From contig NZ_LT906458.1 of assembly GCF_900187275.1 (NCBI RefSeq), positions 540,001-572,000 on the forward strand: DNA of 32,000 bases, read 5' to 3'. Shown piece after piece: positions 24,078 to 32,000 of this stretch. The position numbers were made by a program, and so were the translations under genes. The DNA is from Pasteurella multocida. Its GTDB lineage: Bacteria > Pseudomonadota > Gammaproteobacteria > Enterobacterales > Pasteurellaceae. Each line of letters begins with the position of its first letter. The first letter of the stretch is position 1. The notes under the pieces were generated by a model. The model saw nothing but the letters and a program-made list of their open reading frames with translations, was not told where the DNA came from and did not search any database.

Positions 24078-25331
24078 ATGAATACACCGTTTTTTATTAG
24101 TTGGCGTTATCAGCGGAGTAAGCAAAAAAATCGCTTAGTTTCTTTGATTTCTGCGTTTTCTAGCATTGGTATTGCACTGGGCGTTGCTGTGCTAATTGTG
24201 GGACTGAGCGCCATGAATGGATTTGAACGAGAGTTAAATCAACGCATTTTAGCGGTGGTTCCGCATGTTGAAATAATGGCTTATCCCAATGAAAAAGGTA
24301 CCAGTAGTATTAAACCTTGGCAACCCTTGGTTAAAACATTAGCGCAGCATGAGCAAGTCGACGGCATTTCGCCCTATGTGACTTTTACTGCTTTAGTTGA
24401 AAATGGCACTAAACTCAAAGTGGTGCAAGTCAAAGGGGTAGAAAAGTCCGCACAAGATCAAGTCAGCGCGTTAGGGCAATTTGTATTAGATGAAGGGTGG
24501 AAGGTTTTTGAACAGCAGTCTGGTTTGATTTTAGGTTATGGCATTGCTCGTGAGCTGGACGTAGTAGCTGGGGATTGGGTGAGTTTACTGATTTCGCCAC
24601 CCAATGAGCAAAATCAATTGGCTCAGCCCATTCGTCATCGCATCCAAGTCAGTGGCATTTTACGTTTAGAAGGTCAATTAGATCACAGCTATGCTTTATT
24701 ACCGCTTACACAAGCTCAGACACTATTAGGTATAAGCACAGACGAAGTACATGGTGTGGAACTAAAAGTGAAACAGCCATTTCAAGTACAAACATTAACG
24801 TTTCCGATGTTACAGGACTACCCGCAAGCCCTTTATGCACAACATTGGATTCATAAATTTGGTTATATGTATCGAGATATCCAATTAATTCGTAGCGTGA
24901 TGTATATCGCTATGGTATTGGTCATCGGTGTAGCTTGCTTTAATATTATTTCGACCTTGATTATGGCGGTGAAAGATAAACAAGGTGATATTGCGATTAT
25001 GCGTACTTTAGGGGCAAATAATCGCTTTATTAAGCAAATTTTTATTTGGTATGGCTTGCAAGCAGGCATGAAAGGGTGTTTAATTGGCATCTTTTTAGGC
25101 ATTATTTTGGCGTTAAACTTAACCTCAATCATACAGGGGATTGAATATTTACTAGGGCGGAAACTGCTATCTGATGGGATTTATTTTGTGGATTTCTTAC
25201 CAAGTGAATTACATTGGCAAGATATTTTGCTCGTATTCTGTTCAGCATTAATTTTGAGTTTACTTGCTAGCCTATATCCCGCAAATCGTGCCGCCAAATT
25301 ACAACCTGCACAAGTTTTGAGTCATTATTAG
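24078..25331 (+). CDS. lolE: Lipoprotein-releasing ABC transporter permease LolE
   Basis: FFISWRYQRSKQKNRLVSLISAFSSIGIALGVAVLIVGLSAMNGFERELNQRIL. Confidence 0.92.
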   Translation: MNTPFFISWRYQRSKQKNRLVSLISAFSSIGIALGVAVLIVGLSAMNGFERELNQRILAVVPHVEIMAYPNEKGTSSIKPWQPLVKTLAQHEQVDGISPYVTFTALVENGTKLKVVQVKGVEKSAQDQVSALGQFVLDEGWKVFEQQSGLILGYGIARELDVVAGDWVSLLISPPNEQNQLAQPIRHRIQVSGILRLEGQLDHSYALLPLTQAQTLLGISTDEVHGVELKVKQPFQVQTLTFPMLQDYPQALYAQHWIHKFGYMYRDIQLIRSVMYIAMVLVIGVACFNIISTLIMAVKDKQGDIAIMRTLGANNRFIKQIFIWYGLQAGMKGCLIGIFLGIILALNLTSIIQGIEYLLGRKLLSDGIYFVDFLPSELHWQDILLVFCSALILSLLASLYPANRAAKLQPAQVLSHY

Positions 25332-25476
25332 ATGAATTATTATAAATGATACTGAAAACTAGTTTACTAGTGTGTTTATTGGTGCTGGATTGGCAGTATC
25401 AATAATTTTGATAAATAACCTATTGAAAAATAAGATTAAAAAATGAACCGTTTTATAAGAAGTAAGTGAGCGCAGT

Positions 25477-26562
25477 ATGACAGAATATAAAAATGAAATT
25501 TATATCGAAAATGATGACACCAGAATTGATAAAATTGAACAAGTTTTACCGCCTGTGGCGTTATTAGAAAAATTTCCTGCCAGTGATGTGGCAGTAGAAA
25601 CCGTCAGACAAACACGAAAAAAAGCACATAATATTATTCATCGAAAAGATGACCGTTTATTAGTTGTCATGGGACCTTGTTCCATTCATGATCCTGTTTC
25701 TGCGCTGGAGTATGCGAAACGGATTAAAATGATGCGCGAAAAATACCAAGATAGCTTGGAGATTATTATGCGTGTCTATTTTGAAAAACCGCGGACCACA
25801 GTAGGGTGGAAAGGCTTGATTAATGATCCTCACCTAAATGGTACCTTTGAGCTGAATGAAGGGTTGCGTCTTGCGCGTAAATTATTATCGGACGTTAATG
25901 ATTTAGGGGTACCGGCTGCGGGTGAATTTTTGGATATGATTACACCACAATATCTGGCTGATTTCATGAGTTGGGGGGCGATTGGTGCCAGAACCACAGA
26001 ATCACAGGTGCACCGTGAGCTTGCCTCAGGTCTATCTTGTGCAGTTGGTTTTAAAAATGGCACGAATGGCGGGGTCAGAATCGCGTTAGATGCGATTGGG
26101 GCAGCAGAAGCACCACATTATTTTCTTTCTGTCACGAAATTTGGTCATTCTGCGATTGTATCTACAAAAGGGAATGAAGACTGCCACATTATTTTACGAG
26201 GCGGTGATAAAGGTCCTAATTATGATGCAGAGCATATTGCTATGGTTTGTGCAGAGATCGAAAAAACAGGGCGTATTCCACATGTGATGGTCGATTTTAG
26301 CCATGCTAACAGTTGTAAACAATTTAAAAAACAATTGGAAGTTTGTGACAGTGTTTGCCAGCAAATCGCTATGGGTTCTACTCAAATCTTTGGTGTGATG
26401 GTAGAAAGCCATCTTGTTGAAGGGCGACAAGATTTAGTAGATGGAAAAGCGGTCACTTATGGGCAGAGTATCACGGACGCTTGTATTGGGTGGGAAGATA
26501 GCGAGAAAGTTTTGGAATCGCTTTCAAAGGCTGTCATCCAACGCCGAAATTTGCAGCAATAA
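25477..26562 (+). CDS. aroG: 3-deoxy-7-phosphoheptulonate synthase (DAHP synthase, AroG type)
   Basis: VVMGPCSIHDPVSALEYA; YFEKPRTTVGWKGLINDP; PHVMVDFSHANSCKQ. Confidence 0.93.
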   Translation: MTEYKNEIYIENDDTRIDKIEQVLPPVALLEKFPASDVAVETVRQTRKKAHNIIHRKDDRLLVVMGPCSIHDPVSALEYAKRIKMMREKYQDSLEIIMRVYFEKPRTTVGWKGLINDPHLNGTFELNEGLRLARKLLSDVNDLGVPAAGEFLDMITPQYLADFMSWGAIGARTTESQVHRELASGLSCAVGFKNGTNGGVRIALDAIGAAEAPHYFLSVTKFGHSAIVSTKGNEDCHIILRGGDKGPNYDAEHIAMVCAEIEKTGRIPHVMVDFSHANSCKQFKKQLEVCDSVCQQIAMGSTQIFGVMVESHLVEGRQDLVDGKAVTYGQSITDACIGWEDSEKVLESLSKAVIQRRNLQQ

Positions 26563-26571
26563 ATACAGGTT

Positions 26572-26596
26572 AAAGCGTCAGTGAATCTGGCGCTTT
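26572..26596 (+). terminator. aroG terminator
   Basis: AAAGCGTCAG TGAAT CTGGCGCTTT plus T run. Confidence 0.85.
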
Positions 26597-26707
26597 TTCT
26601 TTTCCTCTCAGTCAGATAGCATAATTCTCTTTTATCCTCCCTTTATTTTCCTCTTTAACCTTGTTTTTATCCTCTTAATATGCGGTTAACTATTTTTGCA
26701 TTTCTTA

Positions 26708-26745
26708 AAGCAAACGTTTGCCTTTCTAAATAAGCGGATTATAAT
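26708..26745 (+). promoter_or_regulatory. codBA promoter with overlapping PurR operator
   Basis: AAGCAAACGTTTGCCT (26708-26723) containing perfect GCAAACGTTTGC; -35 TTTGCC 26717-26722, 17-nt spacer, -10 TATAAT 26740-26745. Confidence 0.82.
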
Positions 26746-26783
26746 ACAGCGATTTTTTATTTTTTGACCAAAAGGAATTAAAA

Positions 26784-28010
26784 ATGAGTTTAGATAACTT
26801 TAGTTTGAAACCGGTACCACAACATGAGCGTAAAGGGGGTATTGCGCTGACATTTGTGATGTTAGGTTTGACATTTTTCTCTGCAAGTATGTGGACGGGT
26901 GGCACTTTAGGCACTTCACTGCACTATGACGATTTTTGGACCGCTATTTTGATTGGTAACTTAATGCTAGGGGTCTATACCGCTTGTTTAGGTTATATTG
27001 GCGCCAAAACGGGGCTAACCACGCATATTCTGGCACGTTATTCTTTTGGGGTAAAAGGCTCATGGTTACCGTCTTTATTGCTTGGTGGAACACAAGTTGG
27101 TTGGTTTGGTGTTGGGGTGGCGATGTTCGCTATTCCGGTCAATAAAGTCACGGGAATTGATGTAAATACGTTAATTATTGCATCGGGATTATTAATGACC
27201 GTAACGGTGTATTTTGGGATTTCTGCCCTGACAGTATTATCTGCCGTTGCTGTGCCTGCGATTGCTGTTTTAGGTTCTTATTCTGTGTATTTAGCGGTAA
27301 CAGACGCAGGAGGACTAGATGTACTCAGAAGTATTGTTCCGAAAGAACAAATGCCTCTCTCTATGGCGATTACTCTAGTAGTGGGTTCTTTTATTAGTGC
27401 GGGGAGCTTAACTGCGGATTTTGTCCGCTTTGGGCGTGTACCGAAACAAGCGATTCTTATCAGCATGATCGCGTTCTTCCTAGGTAACTCGTTGATGTTT
27501 ATTTTTGGTGCCGCTGGGGCGTAAGTAAAAGGCATGGCAGATATTTCTGATGTTATGGTCGCGCAAGGGTTAATCTTACCTGCCATTATTGTATTAGGTT
27601 TAAACATTTGGACCACTAACGATAACGCGCTTTATGCGTCAGGCTTAGGTTTTGCCAATATTACCGGGTTAAGTAGCCGTATTTTATCCATGGTGAATGG
27701 CGTGATTGGCACATTGTCTGCATTATGGCTATATAATAATTTTGTTGGCTGGCTCACTTTCTTATCTTCAGCAATTCCACCTGTGGGAGGCGTTATTATT
27801 GCGGATTACTTGCTACGTCGTAAATCTTATCAAGATTTTGAACAAGCCAAATTCGTGACTATTAATTGGACCGCGATTATTGCTGTCGCGATAGGTGTCG
27901 CTTGTGGTAAATATTTACCGGGTATTATTCCTGTCAACGCAGTATTGGGTGGGGCACTGTCTTATCTTCTTCTTAATCCATTCTGTGCAAAAATCTTAGC
28001 AACCAAATAG
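26784..28010 (+). pseudogene. codB: Cytosine permease CodB interrupted by an in-frame TAA
   Basis: 26784-27524 and 27534-28010 are in the same frame, separated by TAA GTA AAA GGC; N-part ends LMFIFGAAGA*, C-part resumes MADISDVMVAQGLILPAIIVLGLNIWTTNDNALYASGLGFANITG. Confidence 0.88.
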
Positions 28011-28019
28011 GAGTGCATC

Positions 28020-29276
28020 ATGTTAATTAAAAACGTTCATCTTGCTGATCGAGAAGGGCTTTGGCAAATTTTGATTGAGGATCAAAAAATAGTGCAAATT
28101 TGTGCCAATGATGAAGTAATAAACTATGTCGGCGAAATTGTTGATGCAGAAAATGGTATTGCTTATCCACCTTTTGTTGAACCCCATATTCATTTAGACG
28201 CAACACAAACGGCAGGACAACCGAATTGGAACCAATCAGGCACCTTGTTTGAAGGCATTGAACGTTGGGCAGAGCGTAAATCCTTATTGAGTCATGAAGA
28301 TGTGAAAGCCCGTGCATGGAAAACGTTAAAATGGCAAATTGCAAATGGGGTGCAATATGTGCGTACGCATGTGGATGTATCTGATCCCACGTTAACGGCA
28401 CTGAAAGCGATGCTTGAAGTGAAAAAAGAAGTAGCACCTTGGATTGATTTGCAAATTGTGGCTTTTCCACAAGAAGGGATTTTGTCTTATCCTAATGGTG
28501 AAGCATTACTTGATCAAGCGATGGCGATGGGGGCGGATGTAGTAGGAGGCATTCCACATTTTGAATTTACACGTGAGTATGGCGTCGAGTCCATGCATAT
28601 TGCGTTTAAGATTGCGCGTAAATACGGAAAACAAATTGATATTCATTGTGACGAAATTGATGATGAACAGTCGCGTTTTGTGGAAACCGTTGCTGCTTTA
28701 GCCTTGAAATATGAAATGGGGGATAAAGTCACCGCGAGCCATACGACTGCAATGCACTCTTATAATGGTGCTTATGCCTCGCGTTTATTCCGTTTGTTAA
28801 AATTGTCAGGCATTCATTTTGTGGCGAATCCACTGGTGAATATCCATTTGCAAGGGCGTTTTGATACTTATCCAAAACGTCGTGGTATTACCAGAGTGAA
28901 AGAAATGCTGAAAAATAACATTAATGTGTGTTTCGGTCATGATGATGTGTTTGATCCTTGGTATCCATTGGGCACAGCCAATATGCTACAAGTATTACAT
29001 ATGGGGTTACATGTTTGTCAATTAATGGGTTATGGGCAAATTAATGAAGGGCTAAAATTAGTGACTGAAAATAGTGCAAAAGCATTAGGTTTAACGGACT
29101 ATGGTATTCAGGTTGGGCATTCGGCAAACTTGATTATTCTACCTGCAGAAAATGGTTTTGATGCGGTAAGAAGACAAGTACCAACACGTTATTCTATTCG
29201 TGCAGGTAAGATTATTGCAGAAACGAAATTGGCAGAAACGCAAATTTATCTTGCAGAGAAAGTCAGTTACAGCTAA
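28020..29276 (+). CDS. codA: Cytosine deaminase
   Basis: [36 protein letters not shown]; [18 protein letters not shown]; [37 protein letters not shown]. Confidence 0.96.
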   Translation: MLIKNVHLADREGLWQILIEDQKIVQICANDEVINYVGEIVDAENGIAYPPFVEPHIHLDATQTAGQPNWNQSGTLFEGIERWAERKSLLSHEDVKARAWKTLKWQIANGVQYVRTHVDVSDPTLTALKAMLEVKKEVAPWIDLQIVAFPQEGILSYPNGEALLDQAMAMGADVVGGIPHFEFTREYGVESMHIAFKIARKYGKQIDIHCDEIDDEQSRFVETVAALALKYEMGDKVTASHTTAMHSYNGAYASRLFRLLKLSGIHFVANPLVNIHLQGRFDTYPKRRGITRVKEMLKNNINVCFGHDDVFDPWYPLGTANMLQVLHMGLHVCQLMGYGQINEGLKLVTENSAKALGLTDYGIQVGHSANLIILPAENGFDAVRRQVPTRYSIRAGKIIAETKLAETQIYLAEKVSYS

Positions 29277-29311
29277 ATATAGCGTGATGATATCTCATCA
29301 ATAAGACATAA

Positions 29312-29349
29312 AAGTGCGGTCGAAAATCTTGAAGTTTTCGACCGCACTT
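29312..29349. terminator. Inverted uptake-sequence hairpin between convergent codA and ilvE
   Basis: Perfect 15-bp stem AAGTGCGGTCGAAAA TCTTGAAG TTTTCGACCGCACTT. Confidence 0.88.
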
Positions 29350-29367
29350 ATGTTTCTTTGCTAAGGG

Positions 29368-30390
29368 TTAGTTATCTACTTTAACAATCCAACCTTCAGG
29401 GGCTTCAACATCACCAAATTGGATACCCACTAATTCATTGTAGAGTTTGGTGGTGATTTCACCGACTTCCGTTTCAGAGTAGAACACATGGAAGTTATCA
29501 CCATATTGAATACCACCAATCGGTGTGATGACGGCGGCAGTACCACAAGCGCCCGCTTCTTTAAATTGATCTAATTGATCGATATACACATCCCCTTCTT
29601 CTGTTTCTAAACCTAACCGCGCTTTAGCGAGATAGAGTAACGAGTATTTCGTGATACTTGGCAGAATTGACGGCGAAAGCGGAGTAATAAATTTGTTATC
29701 TTTTGTGATACCGAAGAAATTCGCTGACCCCACTTCTTCAATTTTGGTGTGTGTGGTCGGGTCTAAATAAATACAGTCACCAAAGCCGTTTTGTTTGGCT
29801 TCTTTACCAGGATAAAGACTTGCTGCGTAATTTCCACCCACTTTTGCTGCCCCGGTTCCTTGCGGTGCGGCGCGATCATAATTTGAAACTAAGAAATTGG
29901 TCGGTTTTAAGCCACCTTTAAAATAAGCGCCAACAGGGCAGCAGAAAATCGAGAAAATATATTCTGGCGCAGGATTGACGCCGACATTGTCACCTACACC
30001 AATCAAGAAAGGGCGTAAATAGAGGGTGGCACCAGTACCATAAGGCGCTAACCATGCTTGATTCGCTTTGACCACTTGTTTACAGGCATCAATAAACATG
30101 TCTGTTGGCACTTCAGGCATCAATAAACGGCGACAACTGCGTTGCATACGTTCTGCATTTTGATCAGGGCGGAACAAGTTAATCGAACCGTCTTTACAGC
30201 GATAAGCTTTGAGTCCTTCAAAGCATTGTTGCCCATAATGAAGTGCGGTTGAACCTTCACTAATATGCAGTACATTATCTTGTGTCAGCTCGCCTTTTGA
30301 CCACTTTCCGTCTTTCCAATAAGCGATATAGCGATAATCTGTTTTAATATAGCCAAAGCCTAAATTTTTCCAATCAAGATCTTTTATCAT
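29368..30390 (-). CDS. ilvE: Branched-chain amino acid aminotransferase
   Basis: [33 protein letters not shown]; [24 protein letters not shown]; [10 protein letters not shown]. Confidence 0.93.
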   Translation of the reverse strand: MIKDLDWKNLGFGYIKTDYRYIAYWKDGKWSKGELTQDNVLHISEGSTALHYGQQCFEGLKAYRCKDGSINLFRPDQNAERMQRSCRRLLMPEVPTDMFIDACKQVVKANQAWLAPYGTGATLYLRPFLIGVGDNVGVNPAPEYIFSIFCCPVGAYFKGGLKPTNFLVSNYDRAAPQGTGAAKVGGNYAASLYPGKEAKQNGFGDCIYLDPTTHTKIEEVGSANFFGITKDNKFITPLSPSILPSITKYSLLYLAKARLGLETEEGDVYIDQLDQFKEAGACGTAAVITPIGGIQYGDNFHVFYSETEVGEITTKLYNELVGIQFGDVEAPEGWIVKVDN

Positions 30391-30557
30391 TATTATGTCC
30401 TTTTATTGTGTTTGGTGATGTTTTTAATCTACACCATTCTTCATGGCTTGCAAGTCTTTATCTGAAAAAAAGATTAAGATTAAAGAAAAAACGGAACAGC
30501 AAATATTTAATCGGAACACAAGCAATGTGAGCAGGTCTATGTTAGAATCGAACAGAT

Positions 30558-30767
30558 AAAAAAACACCGCTCGATAGAGCGGTGTTTAACCAAAAGGGTC
30601 TAAAATAAATATACAGGAAGTGAAAATAAGTAACTTAAGATAAGTTACTCTGTTTGGTTTCCCAAACAATATGCAAACACAACATCATACTTAAGTCCGA
30701 AACTCTTAACCAGTAAGGAATTACCAATCATTAAGTATGCGCGCATTTTAGAGGGAAATAAGAGAGT
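30558..30767 (-). ncRNA. gcvB: GcvB small regulatory RNA
   Basis: Minus strand carries GATGTTGTGTTTGCATATTG (GcvB R1-like) and TTTTCACTTCCTGTATATTTA (conserved GcvB segment), a 3' terminator AAACACCGCTC/GAGCGGTGTTT + Ts, and lies divergent to gcvA. 5' end estimated. Confidence 0.9.
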
Positions 30768-30794
30768 GGACAATCGATATTTTTTTATATGAAG

Positions 30795-30811
30795 CATTAG
30801 AAAAACTAATG
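30795..30811. promoter_or_regulatory. Candidate GcvA (LysR-type) binding site between gcvB and gcvA
   Basis: CATTAG AAAAA CTAATG inverted repeat containing CTAAT and a T-N11-A motif. Confidence 0.6.
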
Positions 30812-30861
30812 TGAAGAAACACGCTATATTATAGATCAAAAAGTAAACATTGAGAAGAAAT

Positions 30862-31743
30862 ATGTATAAACGTTTGCCTCCCTTGAATTCATTGAAAGCA
30901 TTTGAATCCGCCGCTAGGCATTTAAGTTTCACAAAAGCTGCAGAAGAATTATTTGTGACACAAGCAGCAATCAGCCATCAAATAAAATTATTAGAAGATT
31001 TTTTAGGTATAACCTTATTCAAACGTAAAAATCGATCGCTGGAATTAACCGAATTAGGCAAAGCTTACTTCACGGATGTGAATAAAATTTTACGGCGATT
31101 GGTAGAAGCAACAGAGAAATTATTAGCCCAGAAAAATGATAAGCACTTAACGATTAGTGTCCCGCAGACCTTTGGTATGCAATGGTTAGTACCACATTTA
31201 AGTGAGTTTAATCAACGCTATCCGGAGATTGAAGTACGCTTAAAAGGGGTAGATCAGGATGAAGGGGTTTTAAATAAAGATATTGATATTGCTATTTATT
31301 ATGGGCAAGGAAACTGGGATAATCTGCAGGTTGAAAAGTTAGTGGAAGAAAATCTTCTTATTCTCGCTTCACCAAAACTCTTAGCGCACAATCCTATTCA
31401 CAGCAAAGAAGATTTGAAACATCATACCCTGATTCATATCCATACCCGTGATAATTGGCAGAACATGGCAAATTTTTTACAGTTAGAAGATTTAAATATT
31501 CAGCAAGGTCCCTTGTTTAGCCATACTTTTATGGCGTTGCAAGCCGCAATTCATGGTCAGGGGTTGGTTTTGGCGAATCGTTTGTTAGCCCAACAGGAAA
31601 TTGATCATGGTCACTTACAAATTGTGTTACCGACCAATTTACATGATCCTAAATCTTTTTATGTGGTGAATCATTTTGATGTAAATGATGAACGTATCCA
31701 AGCATTTCGCGCTTGGATCATTGAAACAATGAAACAAAAATAA
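30862..31743 (+). CDS. gcvA: Glycine cleavage system transcriptional activator GcvA, LysR family
   Basis: [55 protein letters not shown]; adjacent to gcvB. ATG at 30862 preferred over TTG at 30850. Confidence 0.92.
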   Translation: MYKRLPPLNSLKAFESAARHLSFTKAAEELFVTQAAISHQIKLLEDFLGITLFKRKNRSLELTELGKAYFTDVNKILRRLVEATEKLLAQKNDKHLTISVPQTFGMQWLVPHLSEFNQRYPEIEVRLKGVDQDEGVLNKDIDIAIYYGQGNWDNLQVEKLVEENLLILASPKLLAHNPIHSKEDLKHHTLIHIHTRDNWQNMANFLQLEDLNIQQGPLFSHTFMALQAAIHGQGLVLANRLLAQQEIDHGHLQIVLPTNLHDPKSFYVVNHFDVNDERIQAFRAWIIETMKQK

Positions 31744-32000
31744 TGAATAAATTAGTATTATATTGCCGTCCTGGCTTTGAAAAAGAACTTGCCGCTGAAA
31801 TCAGTGAAAAAGCGGCTGAACTGGGCATATTTGGTTTTGCCAGAGTAGAGGAAAATCAAGGCTATGTGATTTTTGAATGTTACCAAACCGACGATGCCGA
31901 TCGCCTAGCGCGTGAAATTCCTTTTAATCAACTGATTTTTGCCCGCCAAATGATCGTCGTATCTGACCTTTTAGCCGATCTCCCAGTTCAAGATCGCATT
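31743..32000 (+). CDS. rlmM: 23S rRNA 2'-O-ribose methyltransferase RlmM, 3' truncated by window edge
   Basis: [69 protein letters not shown]; start overlaps gcvA stop by 1 nt. Confidence 0.88.
   Translation, partial: MNKLVLYCRPGFEKELAAEISEKAAELGIFGFARVEENQGYVIFECYQTDDADRLAREIPFNQLIFARQMIVVSDLLADLPVQDRI

Noticed and set aside
25332-25476. Short hydrophobic reading frames and an ACTAGT-TT-ACTAGT repeat between lolE and aroG
   Set aside because: No convincing ribosome-binding site for either small frame, and the repeat is too short to be meaningful alone.
27278-27616. 112-aa minus-strand ORF covering the codB stop
   Set aside because: Antisense shadow of codB; does not rescue or explain the interruption.
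27534-28010. Treating the second codB ORF as a separate 158-aa gene
   Set aside because: It is in the same frame as the upstream ORF and matches the C-terminal half of CodB, with only a weak, badly spaced purine stretch before the ATG.
28027-28470. 147-aa minus-strand ORF
   Set aside because: Fully antisense to codA; His/Leu-rich shadow sequence.
30645-30932. 95-aa minus-strand ORF across the gcvA promoter
   Set aside because: Overlaps the GcvB sRNA and the 5' end of gcvA; composition is low-complexity and no family is recognisable.

Overview
This 32 kb window looks like an ordinary chromosomal segment of a Pasteurellaceae genome. Eight perfect copies of the Hin-type DNA uptake core AAGTGCGGT/ACCGCACTT support the family placement. 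Gene content, left to right: glgX (partial)-glgC-glgA-glgP, convergent ppc, purR, a 26-aa membrane micro-ORF, a yfcH-like epimerase, argR, mdh, argS, a yecM-like gene, a decayed SlyB-like lipoprotein next to an intact one, prfA-prmC-sirB1-kdsA, a hydroxyacid dehydrogenase, lolCDE, aroG, codB (interrupted by an in-frame TAA)-codA, ilvE, the GcvB small RNA, gcvA and the start of rlmM. I found no mobile element, CRISPR array, rRNA, tRNA or defence-like system. The best non-standard observations are: (1) a GcvB sRNA on the minus strand between ilvE and gcvA, with an 11-bp predicted pairing to the ilvE ribosome-binding region next door; (2) a premature stop in codB while codA and a textbook PurR operator/promoter are intact; (3) a decayed lipoprotein paralog; (4) a 26-aa single-TM micro-ORF with its own terminator; (5) a promoter/orphan-terminator unit downstream of mdh that could be a small RNA; (6) paired inverted uptake sequences forming hairpins at convergent gene ends.
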